Below, piece by piece: positions 1 to 8,954 of a stretch of DNA of 64,000 nucleotides. The stretch lies in IMG/VR virus record IMGVR_UViG_3300045988_167906. One strand, written 5' to 3'. Positions within the stretch are counted from its first letter, which is position 1. Every line of letters starts with the position of its first letter. Below the pieces are notes generated by a model. The model was not told the origin of the DNA. It saw only the letters and a program-made list of their open reading frames with translations, and made no database searches. This DNA comes from a virus. The position numbers were made by a program, and so were the translations under genes.

Positions 1-365
1 AGAGGTATAAGAGCGGCTATCAGGTAGCTACTAATGGCGTCGAGGTCATCAGTCCTGAAATGGCAATACAGGCGGTTCGAGAGTTTAAGGGCACATGCGG
101 CATTTGGCTTGAAAATGGCAGATACTACATTGACATTTCCAAACGAGTTTCCACAAAACGCGAGGCGGTTGAAATTGGCAAGAAATGTAATCAGCTTTCG
201 ATTTACAGATGGCGTGGTAATCCGGCTTGCCTTTACATTTAATTCCATATGGGGCTGGAAATCAGCCCCATTTTTCTATCTTTTGGAAATGAATATTTAT
301 ACATTTCAAAATGAATATTCATTTTCTTTAATTCATTATCACTTTAATCAAATGAATTGCCTCGC

Positions 366-413
366 CGGGGCGTGGCGAAATTGCTATATCCACAGCAGGC
401 TCGCCACGCCCCG
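366..413 (+). terminator. GC-rich hairpin (13-bp stem cggggcgtggcga / tcgccacgccccg) in the non-coding leader at the window start
   Basis: Perfect inverted repeat seen in the sequence, followed by a T-rich stretch. Same style as the intergenic hairpins at 2149, 4324, 5465 and 9549. Confidence 0.4.
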
Positions 414-577
414 CATTTTCCATTTAATACCAATTCCGAATATTTCCAGTCAAATTTTACCATATCTGACATTATGTTCCATTTCCCATATCCTACCAGC
501 TTATAACATATAATTCCATACCATTTATTTCCAGAATCTTTGTGCATATTGACGAATAAAAAAATTTGACTTTCCTA

Positions 578-606
578 TTGACATTTGCCATAGGGTGTGC
601 TAATAT
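578..606 (+). promoter_or_regulatory. sigma70-like promoter (TTGACA-17-TAATAT) followed by conserved leader AATTGTTCCAAGGG
   Basis: Canonical -35/-10 hexamers with 17-nt spacing upstream of the first gene. Confidence 0.55.
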
Positions 607-654
607 ATAATTGTTCCAAGGGAACAGATAAAAAATGAAATGGAGATACAAAAA

Positions 655-816
655 ATGACTACTGAAAGAATCGCTGAACTGCTGAACGAATGGATTGATA
701 ATGACCATGATTTCAGTGCGGAATCCATCAATGACTTCTGCAACACATATGCCCGCAACTACGACGAGTATATGGGTCTGTGGTACACAGTCTGCGGTTG
801 CATCGAGGAGGACTAA
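655..816 (+). CDS. hypothetical early protein (53 aa)
   Basis: ATG preceded by GGAGA RBS. Ends TAA. Below the 60-aa cutoff of the six-frame track. Confidence 0.45.
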   Translation: MTTERIAELLNEWIDNDHDFSAESINDFCNTYARNYDEYMGLWYTVCGCIEED

Positions 817-820
817 CATC

Positions 821-961
821 ATGTTTGAATTTGAAATGTACAACGTCAACACGGGTGAAACGGAAACTGCATATGGCTACTCCCTAGCAGACGCTAGGGA
901 GAGAAGCCCAAAGTATGAGAGCCGCGAATGGGTTTGTCTAATGTCTACTTATATTGATTAA
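821..961 (+). CDS. hypothetical early protein (46 aa)
   Basis: ATG immediately after the preceding stop. Listed ORF 695-961 is a frame-fused over-extension. Confidence 0.4.
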   Translation: MFEFEMYNVNTGETETAYGYSLADARERSPKYESREWVCLMSTYID

Positions 962-968
962 GGGGGAA

Positions 969-1163
969 ATGAAAATGAAAATGTCTGAATTTGCAAACAA
1001 CATTCTTGATAAGAAAATGCTGATTGAACTTATTAAACACCTTCCTTCTTGTGAAGCCTGTCCTTTTCAGAAGGCTTGTGAGAAAGCGGTTATTGATAAT
1101 CCGGATGAATCTTGCGAACAGTTCCTTAACCGTTGGATTGAAGATGATAGGAATGAGGGCTAA
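969..1163 (+). CDS. hypothetical early protein
   Basis: AAGGGGG RBS then ATG. Confidence 0.45.
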   Translation: MKMKMSEFANNILDKKMLIELIKHLPSCEACPFQKACEKAVIDNPDESCEQFLNRWIEDDRNEG

Positions 1164-1193
1164 AAAGCCCTCTTCCAAAAGGAGGAAATTAAA

Positions 1194-1517
1194 ATGGATA
1201 TTACAAAATTGCAAGTCAGTCAGCATATCAAGGAAGACCGGCTAGACAGATATGTTGAAATTCAAATGAATACCGGACTTGGCGAACCTGTTGCAAAATT
1301 CAAATATGAGGACAAATGGCAGATTATTACAAGCACAGGAGTGATTTTGATTACAGATAGCCGGATGGAATTTCTAATCACATTATATTATGTCAACATG
1401 GACAAAGCAACTGCAATTTTCAGACGAAACGGGCAGATGAAAATGCCGAAAGTGGTATATGAAGCAATTCAGAAGAACATGGCAAAAAAGCTAATTAAAC
1501 ATAGAAAGGAAAAATAA
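1194..1517 (+). CDS. hypothetical early protein (107 aa)
   Basis: AAGGAGG RBS. Confidence 0.5.
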   Translation: MDITKLQVSQHIKEDRLDRYVEIQMNTGLGEPVAKFKYEDKWQIITSTGVILITDSRMEFLITLYYVNMDKATAIFRRNGQMKMPKVVYEAIQKNMAKKLIKHRKEK

Positions 1518-1519
1518 AA

Positions 1520-1750
1520 ATGAAAATCGAATTTGCACAGAAAAAAGAATTTAGACATTTCGCTTCCTTGGAAGTTGGAACTGTTTTCCGCGACCCAAGG
1601 ACAGACACAATTCATATGAAAACAGAATGTATTGACAATGAGGGCGATGAAATTAACGCAATTGATTTAGCTACCGGAGAATTTGACTGTTTCCCTGATG
1701 ATGCAAAAGTCTACGCCGTAGAAGCTACACTGAATATTAAGGAGTGGTAA
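1520..1750 (+). CDS. hypothetical early protein (76 aa)
   Basis: Tightly packed after the previous stop. Confidence 0.45.
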   Translation: MKIEFAQKKEFRHFASLEVGTVFRDPRTDTIHMKTECIDNEGDEINAIDLATGEFDCFPDDAKVYAVEATLNIKEW

Positions 1751-1962
1751 AAATGGAAGGAGATAAGACGTGGAAATATCTGGTAATTAACTTCTTCCCC
1801 ACAAAAGACTGGCCGCGTCTGTTTTTTGTAGATGCCTCGTGCCGTTCAGAAGCTGAATCCCATATTCAGAAGCACTGTGGAAAAGACTATATGTTAGTCG
1901 AAAATGATGAACCTATCGCAAGAGTTCTTGACGCTTCCGAAATTCCGCATTATAAATTCTAA
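1744..1962 (+). CDS. hypothetical early protein (start may be ATG 1753)
   Basis: Overlapping start typical of phage operons. Confidence 0.4.
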   Translation: MVKMEGDKTWKYLVINFFPTKDWPRLFFVDASCRSEAESHIQKHCGKDYMLVENDEPIARVLDASEIPHYKF

Positions 1963-2148
1963 AATCAATTTGAGTTTCCTCCCATATTTTGGGAGGAAAT
2001 TCTTATTTGAAAATTATAGAAAAAAATAATATAATTTTTTATATAAAAAAAATAATTTTTATTTCTGTTTCAATTCTATAATTTTCCAGTCGAAAAATCA
2101 AATGCGGAAAATTTTGGCAATCCCATAATTTGGGAATTCATTTGAGCC

Positions 2149-2170
2149 AGCCGCGATCCAACGCCGCGGC
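2149..2170 (+). terminator. intergenic hairpin ccagccgcg-atccaacg-ccgcggctgg, one of a conserved family
   Basis: Family members at 4324, 5465, 7762 and 9549 all carry a CCAACG/CCACG loop and are followed by an AT-rich spacer plus a promoter. Confidence 0.5.
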
Positions 2171-2291
2171 TGGAATTTCGCGAATTAAAGTGCTAACGTA
2201 AAAAAGTTTTCCAAATCCTTCCAGCCCAGCCCTTGGAAATTTTTCCCAAAATCTTTGTGTAATTTGACGAAAGTATTTTCCATTTTATGTC

Positions 2292-2320
2292 TTGACATTT
2301 GGCTTGCCCTGTGCTATACT
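2292..2320 (+). promoter_or_regulatory. sigma70-like promoter TTGACA-17-TATACT
   Basis: Hexamers seen in sequence. Confidence 0.55.
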
Positions 2321-2353
2321 ATAAACAATCCAAGAGGAAAGGAACTGATTAAA

Positions 2354-2521
2354 ATGACTGACCGCGAAGCCCTCGACCAAATTCTGGAACATCTGAATGG
2401 GAACTTGCAATCTATTGTTGCTGATGAATCAACATATGTCGAAATTGAGAACGCCTGTTTAGGCGAAGACATTATGTTTGAATTTGACAAAAATGGAAAT
2501 ATTTTGTCAATCGGTTCTTGA
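2354..2521 (+). CDS. hypothetical protein (55 aa)
   Basis: AAGAGGAAAGGA RBS. Confidence 0.4.
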   Translation: MTDREALDQILEHLNGNLQSIVADESTYVEIENACLGEDIMFEFDKNGNILSIGS

Positions 2522-2535
2522 AAGGAGAATCTGAT

Positions 2536-2919
2536 ATGAAAGTCTATATGGCTGGTGCGTTCTTCCGTCCTGAAACAAAATCAAGAATTGATTCATATGC
2601 GGCTGGTTTCCGGCGGCTTGGGTATGATGTATTTGTGCCACAAGAACATACAGTCCCGAACGCTTGGGAGATGTCGCAAGAGGATTGGGCAAGGGAAGTT
2701 TTCAAAATGGATATTGCCGCCATTCAAGAATGTGACATGGTGTTTGTTGTATATGATGGTCTGTATTCTGATTCTGGAACAGCTTGGGAAATCGGATATG
2801 CTTATGCTCTTGGGAAAAATATCCAAATGAGTGTAAATAATGGTGTAAAAGATATGTCTATTATGCCATTTGCAAGTGCTTGGGCTATTGAAAACTATAA
2901 AAATATTAAATTAGTTTGA
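2536..2919 (+). CDS. nucleoside 2-deoxyribosyltransferase-like protein (PF05014-like)
   Basis: MAGAFFRPE ... DSGTAWEIGYAYALGK matches the conserved deoxyribosyltransferase/Rcl core motif. Assignment is from family knowledge. Confidence 0.6.
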   Translation: MKVYMAGAFFRPETKSRIDSYAAGFRRLGYDVFVPQEHTVPNAWEMSQEDWAREVFKMDIAAIQECDMVFVVYDGLYSDSGTAWEIGYAYALGKNIQMSVNNGVKDMSIMPFASAWAIENYKNIKLV

Positions 2920-2928
2920 AAAAAACAC

Positions 2929-2957
2929 TTGACAAATTTGGTTGAACCTGTTATAAT
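2929..2957 (+). promoter_or_regulatory. sigma70-like promoter TTGACA-17-TATAAT
   Basis: Hexamers seen in sequence. Confidence 0.55.
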
Positions 2958-2990
2958 AAAGATACTCCAAAAGAGAAAGGAAATGATAAA

Positions 2991-3464
2991 ATGATTAAGG
3001 AATTATGTTTCGATCTTGATGGAACTCTGGTTGACCTCTATGGTGTGGAAGATTGGCTTGATAAAATTCGAGCCTATGACCCTACACCCTATCAGACCGC
3101 CGAACCGCTGGTTGATATGGCAGAACTTGCTTGTCTGCTCCGTAGCTTGCAGAACTGCGGTATCAATGTCGCAGTTATCACTTGGCTGTCAAAAGAGCCG
3201 AACAAGCAGTATGATGATGAAGTCAGAAAAGCAAAACGAGCTTGGCTGAAAGAATATGGTTTTCCATTTGACAGTCTGCGATGTGTAGCTTATGGAACGC
3301 CGAAGCATAAGGTTGAAGCCGCAAGACTTGCTGATGATGAAGAAGCCCTGATTTTTGATGATGATGCAAGAGTCCGCAGGGATTGGGACTTGGGCGGAGC
3401 AATCGACCCGACTAAGGTTGACATTCTGGAAGTATTGAAAGAAATTTTGAATGGGCTGGAATAA
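2991..3464 (+). CDS. HAD-superfamily hydrolase, 5'(3')-deoxyribonucleotidase-like
   Basis: N-terminal DLDGTL (HAD motif I) and later acidic motifs. Confidence 0.55.
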   Translation: MIKELCFDLDGTLVDLYGVEDWLDKIRAYDPTPYQTAEPLVDMAELACLLRSLQNCGINVAVITWLSKEPNKQYDDEVRKAKRAWLKEYGFPFDSLRCVAYGTPKHKVEAARLADDEEALIFDDDARVRRDWDLGGAIDPTKVDILEVLKEILNGLE

Positions 3465-3488
3465 TCCAGCCCATAAGGGGAAAATGAA

Positions 3489-3707
3489 ATGAATGATATT
3501 CTTAAAGAGCTTACAGACTTGGCAAACCAGATTGGAAAATTAGCTGGAAAAATTTACTGTGAAAAAAAGAATATCTCAAATCCTTATGATTTTACAAACG
3601 CACAAGAATTAAGTGATAAACTGTTTGAAATTCATTCTGATTTACAAAATGACTGTTATACTTTGGCTGTTGCCATTTGGGGAGACGATGAAGATGATGA
3701 TTCCTAA
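3489..3707 (+). CDS. hypothetical protein (72 aa)
   Basis: RBS GGGGAAAATGAAATG. Confidence 0.45.
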   Translation: MNDILKELTDLANQIGKLAGKIYCEKKNISNPYDFTNAQELSDKLFEIHSDLQNDCYTLAVAIWGDDEDDDS

Positions 3708-3882
3708 AAAAATTACTGTCAAATATTCAGGCTATGATGAAAAAAGAGTATATTATAACAATGAATTAGATTTTCGCACAGAACGTGATGCCGATTCATT
3801 TATTTTAGACATGAAAAGACTTATGTTCGGAGTAAAGACCTACACAAAAATTATTACTTGGGGAGAAGAATCAAATGAATGA
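3697..3882 (+). CDS. hypothetical protein (~61 aa)
   Basis: Overlapping start ATGATGA. Confidence 0.4.
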   Translation: MIPKKITVKYSGYDEKRVYYNNELDFRTERDADSFILDMKRLMFGVKTYTKIITWGEESNE

Positions 3883-3960
3883 CGAACAGCTTGACATTTT
3901 GCTTGAAGAAGCAACGGACATTAAAATTTTAATTGCCTTGGGCTGAAAGGATGGATAAAA

Positions 3961-4248
3961 ATGGAAACAAAATTTATTTGGGTAGTTCATTTTGAAGAAG
4001 CAGATTTCAACGACTTGGACTGTGCATTCGACAGTTTTGAAATGGCGAAAGAAGCAGTCCAGACAATTTTTGACAAAGTTTCCGCAGTAAATCCTGCTTG
4101 GCAGAATCTGATGCTGGATGATGAAGATATCGAAGATGAATGGGCTGTTTTCAGTTTTGATTATATCGGAGAAGATGCCAAATTCTTGCTGAAACCAAAT
4201 GTTGGTATTACAGTTTTTCCTTGTCCTCTCAATTCACTTCCTATTTGA
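3961..4248 (+). CDS. hypothetical acidic protein (95 aa)
   Basis: RBS AAGGATGG. Confidence 0.45.
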   Translation: METKFIWVVHFEEADFNDLDCAFDSFEMAKEAVQTIFDKVSAVNPAWQNLMLDDEDIEDEWAVFSFDYIGEDAKFLLKPNVGITVFPCPLNSLPI

Positions 4249-4410
4249 AAAATTTGGGAATCCAGATTTTGGATTCCCATTTTCTTACTTGTCTATTGGA
4301 ATTAAATGGAAATTCTATTTGAGCCTGCCGCGAACCAACGCCGCGGCAGGCATTTTAGATTTTCAGCATTTTCACCAATTTTTCGCCCGGAAATTTGTGC
4401 AAAATGACAG

Positions 4411-4439
4411 TTGACTTTTCTCCCGATACCTGTTATACT
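4411..4439 (+). promoter_or_regulatory. sigma70-like promoter TTGACT-17-TATACT plus AATTGTTCCAAGAG leader
   Basis: Hexamers seen in sequence. Confidence 0.55.
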
Positions 4440-4478
4440 ATAATTGTTCCAAGAGATAATAAGTAAGGAGAATAAACT

Positions 4479-4892
4479 ATGAAAAATCTGTATTGGAAAC
4501 GCATTTACATGAAAATGAATGATGGTCAAGAGTCTATTCTGAATTGGGACCCGCAACTTGTCTATCGCCCCGAACCGCCTGAAAATGAAGTATTGACAAT
4601 TAAAAACACAACAGACCTTGCTGTAGCTATTTGCAGTAATTATGTTAATGGTTTTATCAAGCGTGGAACTTTTGACAGAAGAATCAAAAAATTCCATATC
4701 GAGAATATGAGATACTGGAAAGGCGAAGAATACAAGCCCGAAAAAATCAGTTTCCCTGTTTCACGTGAAACAATTTATAAGCCAGTTGATTATGACATGA
4801 GTTTCAAGAAGTTGTCGGGAGAATTGTCCGCAGAAGATTTTATTCGTTGGATGAAAGACAATGGAATGAACACTTGCCCGATTATGAAATAA
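4479..4892 (+). CDS. hypothetical protein (137 aa)
   Basis: RBS AAGGAG. Confidence 0.5.
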   Translation: MKNLYWKRIYMKMNDGQESILNWDPQLVYRPEPPENEVLTIKNTTDLAVAICSNYVNGFIKRGTFDRRIKKFHIENMRYWKGEEYKPEKISFPVSRETIYKPVDYDMSFKKLSGELSAEDFIRWMKDNGMNTCPIMK

Positions 4893-4899
4893 ATTAGGG

Positions 4900-4928
4900 G
4901 TTGACAAACAACCCCTAATGTGATACAA
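4900..4928 (+). promoter_or_regulatory. sigma70-like promoter TTGACA-17-TACAAT inside the terminator hairpin aggggttg/caacccct
   Basis: Hexamers seen in sequence. Confidence 0.5.
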
Positions 4929-4959
4929 TAGATTTATCAAAAGAAAGGAATTGATAAAA

Positions 4960-5412
4960 ATGAAAGCAACTGGCATTATTCGCAGAATTGATGACCTTGG
5001 ACGTGTTGTTATTCCGAAAGAAATCCGCCGTAACTTGAAGATTCGCGAGGGAGACCCTCTTGAAATCTTTATTGAAGATGATAACTGCGTTTGCTTTAAG
5101 AGGTATTCGGTGCTTGGTTCGCTGACCGAAGATGCTATGCGAATTGCTATTAAAATGGCGTCGAATTCCGGTCTGCGTCCCATCGCAATCTATGATACTA
5201 CCGTGAAACTGCAGGGCATGGAAAACTTTCCAGCTTATGTTCCAACCCAGTGGGAATTTAAAAGAAAGCCGTTTGTTTTCAATAACACTTATGGCGTTTA
5301 CCCGATTTGTGCGGACGGCGAGCTTGTGGGTTATACAGTTTGCGACCGGCAGGACATGGGTTGCGAAATGGACATGATTGCCCGCTACCTCAACCTTATG
5401 TCTGAATGTTAA
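4960..5412 (+). CDS. AbrB/SpoVT-family transcriptional regulator (N-terminal swapped-hairpin domain) with a ~100-aa C-terminal extension
   Basis: MKATGIIRRIDDLGRVVIPKEIRRNLKIREGDPLEIFIED closely matches the AbrB N-domain (MKSTGIVRKVDELGRVVIPIELRRTLGI...). This family is Firmicutes-typical. Confidence 0.75.
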   Translation: MKATGIIRRIDDLGRVVIPKEIRRNLKIREGDPLEIFIEDDNCVCFKRYSVLGSLTEDAMRIAIKMASNSGLRPIAIYDTTVKLQGMENFPAYVPTQWEFKRKPFVFNNTYGVYPICADGELVGYTVCDRQDMGCEMDMIARYLNLMSEC

Positions 5413-5414
5413 AA

Positions 5415-5453
5415 AAATAATACAAGAGGCTTGACAAAATAAGCCTCTTGTAT
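5415..5453 (+). terminator. 14-bp-stem hairpin aatacaagaggctt/aagcctcttgtatt followed by a T run
   Basis: Perfect inverted repeat then TTTTTTGAG. Confidence 0.6.
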
Positions 5454-5551
5454 TATTTTTTGAGCCTCGCGGCCACGGTCCAGCCGCGAGGATTTTTAGA
5501 TTTTTGGCACATTGCACAATTTTTTACTCACAAATTTGGTTATTCTGCCAA

Positions 5552-5580
5552 TAGACAAAAATCCTGAAATCGTGTATAAT
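5552..5580 (+). promoter_or_regulatory. sigma70-like promoter (TAGACA-17-TATAAT) plus GAAAGGAATTGATA initiation motif
   Basis: Hexamers seen in sequence. Confidence 0.5.
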
Positions 5581-5612
5581 TAAGATACAAATTAAGAAAG
5601 GAATTGATAAAA

Positions 5613-5924
5613 ATGATTATGAACGCCGCTATTGTTAAAGCAATGAATTTGCAGGACTTGAACGACTACATAAATAACAAGAAGCCGGAAGAATTACAGA
5701 CCTTAATTGCATTAGCCAAGGAAAGAATTAACCAGTTAGACCAAGAGAAAGAAGCAAAATACATGGCCGCAATCATCAAGTCTGTTCAGGATTATCTGGA
5801 TAATGTTGGAGATTTGACATTCCATGTTGAGTATGAAGACGAAGATGGCCAGGACGCGGCTACTGACATCACCGTAGACAATCTGAATCCGCCTGCTGGT
5901 GGCAATGGAATCATTTATATTTAA
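5613..5924 (+). CDS. hypothetical protein (104 aa)
   Basis: Conserved GAAAGGAATTGATAAAAATG initiation context. Confidence 0.5.
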   Translation: MIMNAAIVKAMNLQDLNDYINNKKPEELQTLIALAKERINQLDQEKEAKYMAAIIKSVQDYLDNVGDLTFHVEYEDEDGQDAATDITVDNLNPPAGGNGIIYI

Positions 5925-5936
5925 GGAGTGATACAA

Positions 5937-6251
5937 ATGCTTACAAATCCGGGTTTTTATTTTGCTTGGTTAGTTTTAACCATTCTTCCTTTAATGATCG
6001 CCATTGTTGCCCCTGAAACTTGGCATGGTAGAGTTGTTGCTGTTCTGATTGCGATTGCTATTGGTTTTGGCGTTGCAACTCTATTGTACAAAGAACAAGA
6101 AAGCAATCATGACCGCTGGAATAATGGTTATTGTGAATGTGGCGGTCAGTATCAATTTTCAAGTGCTACAAATTATCGCGGTTCAAAAGATTATTACTAT
6201 ACTTGCGATAGTTGTGGACACACAGAAGAATTTTCTTCAATCATGAAATAA
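5937..6251 (+). CDS. small membrane protein with C-terminal Cys4 zinc ribbon
   Basis: Two hydrophobic segments, then CECGG...CDSCGH. Confidence 0.5.
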   Translation: MLTNPGFYFAWLVLTILPLMIAIVAPETWHGRVVAVLIAIAIGFGVATLLYKEQESNHDRWNNGYCECGGQYQFSSATNYRGSKDYYYTCDSCGHTEEFSSIMK

Positions 6252-6255
6252 AAAA

Positions 6256-6300
6256 TGCCGGTTGGGAAAAAAATTATAAAAAAAAATTCCCAACCGGCTT
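6256..6300 (+). terminator. hairpin gccggttgggaa...ttcccaaccggc (12-bp stem)
   Basis: Perfect inverted repeat after the stop. Confidence 0.55.
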
Positions 6301-6357
6301 GACAAATTAAAAAAAATTTGATATAATAATAGTACCAAAAGGAAAGGAATTGATACT

Positions 6358-6519
6358 ATGATAGCATTGATGAAATACGAATGTGGGTTAAGATTCACAG
6401 GACTTGTTTTTGAAGATGAAGAAACAGCGGAAAAATACATGAAAGAGCATTGGATAAATCCAAAAGAAGTAAAGTTAGTACCAGCAACTGGATATTTCAA
6501 AAATGGTGAAATTAAGTGA
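6358..6519 (+). CDS. hypothetical protein (53 aa)
   Basis: GGAAAGGAATTGATACTATG context. Confidence 0.4.
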   Translation: MIALMKYECGLRFTGLVFEDEETAEKYMKEHWINPKEVKLVPATGYFKNGEIK

Positions 6520-6534
6520 AAGGAATTGATAAAC

Positions 6535-6945
6535 ATGACTGAAATTACAACCTATGAGTGCGACTTCTGCGGGCAGGTGTTCAACGATGAAGAAGAATGT
6601 ATTCATCACGAATGGAAATGCAGATACGAAGATTTATGTAAATCTGAAAATTGCGAGCCGTTGACGCTGTTCGACCTTGAAGGCAAGGAAATTGAGGGAT
6701 TTAATTATCCTAAATGTGATGAAATTGGGGCGGTGGAAATTCATTCTTATGCCCAAGCACAATTCATCAATGATTATTTTGATGAAATGGGCTATGAAGT
6801 TCCCATTAAAATTGTCATGGGACTGATTGACTACTATGGTCTGTGGTATTATGACCCTGAATACCATTATGGCGAGTGGCGGTCTTATGAAGAAGTTCTT
6901 GAAGATATTCAGGAAATTGGCAAGAAATTTAATCAAGGGGCTTGA
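6535..6945 (+). CDS. hypothetical protein with N-terminal CxxC...HHxxxC zinc-finger-like motif
   Basis: TYECDFCGQVFNDEEECIHHEWKC. Confidence 0.5.
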   Translation: MTEITTYECDFCGQVFNDEEECIHHEWKCRYEDLCKSENCEPLTLFDLEGKEIEGFNYPKCDEIGAVEIHSYAQAQFINDYFDEMGYEVPIKIVMGLIDYYGLWYYDPEYHYGEWRSYEEVLEDIQEIGKKFNQGA

Positions 6946-7000
6946 CAAGCCCCTTGACCTGTGATATAATTGATTTATCAAAAGGAAAGGAAATGATACA

Positions 7001-7276
7001 ATGAATTATCAGGTTATTTTCATGGACAATGAAGGAACTGTTCAAACGGGTATCTGGAATCAGGACAGAGATGAAATTATCTGCGGCTGTTGTGGTGCAA
7101 CAATCGAATCGGGCGATTTTGTCCTGCTTCACATCTATGATGAATGGTTGAACATCACCGATGAAATCTGCGGGGATGACGGAGAAATTCTCAATGAGAT
7201 TGAAGAAAAGGTCGATAGACTAACTACCTCTGAAATTGAGGCAATTCTTGATGGAAAGAAGGATTTTAACGAATGA
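7001..7276 (+). CDS. hypothetical protein (91 aa)
   Basis: GGAAAGGAAATGATACAATG context. Confidence 0.45.
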   Translation: MNYQVIFMDNEGTVQTGIWNQDRDEIICGCCGATIESGDFVLLHIYDEWLNITDEICGDDGEILNEIEEKVDRLTTSEIEAILDGKKDFNE

Positions 7277-7422
7277 GAGGAAAGAGATTTAACAAGGGCG
7301 GTTATACCGCCCAAGTCATCCAGTGGGATGATACAGACGCCTTGTGGATTTGCCAATACTCTTGGGGCGAATACTTCTATGAAGATGATGAATTTATCAG
7401 GGAAAATCTGGTGGAGGATTGA
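7273..7422 (+). CDS. hypothetical protein (49 aa)
   Basis: ATGA overlap with the upstream gene. Below track cutoff. Confidence 0.35.
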   Translation: MRGKRFNKGGYTAQVIQWDDTDALWICQYSWGEYFYEDDEFIRENLVED

Positions 7423-7424
7423 AA

Positions 7425-7745
7425 ATGGCTTTTTTTATTAAGGTTATTATGGCTTGGTTTAGAAGAAATGAAATGCCAGTTGTAATTTATGGTGCAGATG
7501 GTCTTCCCGTTACAAGTTATAATACCACGGTAAAAGATTACTGGTTTCCAAAAAATTTAGGAGAAGCATCAAAAATTGAAAATGGCTGGTATTGTTATCC
7601 ATTGAATGCCAATGGTGAATACTGTGGTTGTATTTGCTGGGAATGGTGGGAAGATGATGATGATTTTGAACAGCCAGACATTTATGATGTTTTGAACATC
7701 TGTAATCTTCTGGAAATTGCTTGCGGTTTGGATGAAAATTCCTAA
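7425..7745 (+). CDS. hypothetical protein (Cys/Trp-rich C-terminus)
   Basis: RBS GGAGGATTGAAAATG. Confidence 0.45.
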   Translation: MAFFIKVIMAWFRRNEMPVVIYGADGLPVTSYNTTVKDYWFPKNLGEASKIENGWYCYPLNANGEYCGCICWEWWEDDDDFEQPDIYDVLNICNLLEIACGLDENS

Positions 7746-7895
7746 AAAAAATGGGCGGTTCGTTTGAGCCGCCCAATTACCAACGCAATTGGGCGGCATT
7801 TTAATTTTTAAGCATTTTGCACAATTTTTTCATGCAAATTTTGTGCAATTTGCCAATAGACAAGAATCCTGAAACATGGTATAATTCATAATGTC

Positions 7896-7995
7896 AAGAG
7901 GGAACAGCAACTAAAAGTGCTTGGCATCATTAGCCGGGCTACACAACTTCCGCGGTTCGTGTGTAAAAAAAATAAAATTCCCTCTTGACAATCCC
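7896..7995 (+). ncRNA. candidate small structured RNA between two promoters (long-range 11-bp inverted repeat tcaagagggaa ... ttccctcttga)
   Basis: Promoter 7857-7885 fires into a ~100-nt region with no ORF or RBS. The ends pair, there is an internal CCGCGG element, and an A-run closes the stem. Confidence 0.3.
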
Positions 7996-8013
7996 CACCT
8001 GATGTGCTATAAT
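7985..8013 (+). promoter_or_regulatory. sigma70-like promoter TTGACA-17-TATAAT
   Basis: Hexamers seen in sequence. Confidence 0.55.
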
Positions 8014-8063
8014 TAAGTCAACAAGTGAAGGAAACACTTAAAAACCAGAAAGGAATTGATACC

Positions 8064-8450
8064 ATGGAAAAGATTAAAGCCCCCACCCGCAAGGAAATGT
8101 TCACCCGCGTTTCTGATTTCCTCGCAGAACATGAAGCAGATACTGCCCTGATTGATTTTGTCAATCACCAGATTGAGCTTCTGGACAGCAAGAAGGAAAA
8201 CAAGAAGCAGGCCAAAGAGCAGGAAGAAAACGCCGCCTACTCTGATGCAATCTATGAGCAGATGGCATTCGAGCGTAAGTACAGCGTCGCAGAGCTGATG
8301 AAGGAGCTTCCGGCTGTCAGCGATTGGAACGCCAACCATGAAACCGAGCTGTCGGTTCAGAAGCTCGCAAGTCTGTTGAAGCCGCTTGTCGATGGTGGCA
8401 AGGTCATTAAGACCACGGAGAAGCGTCGCGTGTTCTACACCAAGGCGTGA
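8064..8450 (+). CDS. paralog family A member 1 (C-terminal DGGKVIKTTEKRRVFYTKA)
   Basis: Paralogous to 10903-11280 and 39816-40211, sharing the conserved C-terminal motif. Confidence 0.55.
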   Translation: MEKIKAPTRKEMFTRVSDFLAEHEADTALIDFVNHQIELLDSKKENKKQAKEQEENAAYSDAIYEQMAFERKYSVAELMKELPAVSDWNANHETELSVQKLASLLKPLVDGGKVIKTTEKRRVFYTKA

Positions 8451-8458
8451 TAAACCAA

Positions 8459-8484
8459 GGGGGGGCGGAGAAATCCGCCCCACT
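8459..8484 (+). terminator. hairpin ggggcgga-gaaa-tccgcccc
   Basis: Inverted repeat. Confidence 0.5.
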
Positions 8485-8499
8485 AATTAAGGAGAGCCT

Positions 8500-8898
8500 A
8501 TGAGAGAATTGACTGAAAAGGAATGGGCAAAAGTCGATAATCTTGTTGACAAGCTGGAATGTTCGATTGATGAAGCAGTTGACATTCTGGACGCCGACAA
8601 AGCTATTGACCGTAATCAAAAGGTTGATTTTGATTTAAGTCCAGAAGAACATAAGCAAGCAATGAAACTTGCTAATGTCAAAGAGCATACGGTCAAGAAA
8701 AGCAATGTGTACCGCCCGCGTAAGCCTAATGAAATTAAAGGTGCGATTATCGCCGGTTTGTCAAAATATTTGGCAGAAATGGCAGATTTTGAAGTGTTGG
8801 ATGAAGAAATCACCAACAAAGAGCGGACGATAATGTTTACAAGTGGCGGCGAACGGTTTGAATTGACCCTTATCCAGAAAAGAAAGCCGAAAAGTTAA
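8500..8898 (+). CDS. paralog family B member 1 (basic C-terminus ...ERFELTLIQKRKPKS)
   Basis: Paralogous to 11373-11735. Confidence 0.5.
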   Translation: MRELTEKEWAKVDNLVDKLECSIDEAVDILDADKAIDRNQKVDFDLSPEEHKQAMKLANVKEHTVKKSNVYRPRKPNEIKGAIIAGLSKYLAEMADFEVLDEEITNKERTIMFTSGGERFELTLIQKRKPKS

Positions 8899-8954
8899 AG
8901 AAAATGGGGATTTTTCCCCATTTTCTTCCAAAAAAATTGAAAAAGGTGATAAAA

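Noticed and set aside
34-852. Listed ORFs 34-513 (+), 60-242 (+), 344-547 (-), 493-852 (-) at the window start
   Set aside because: No RBS. They overlap the promoter/hairpin leader region and the first real early genes. Composition is typical of non-coding AT-rich leader. Treated as spurious.
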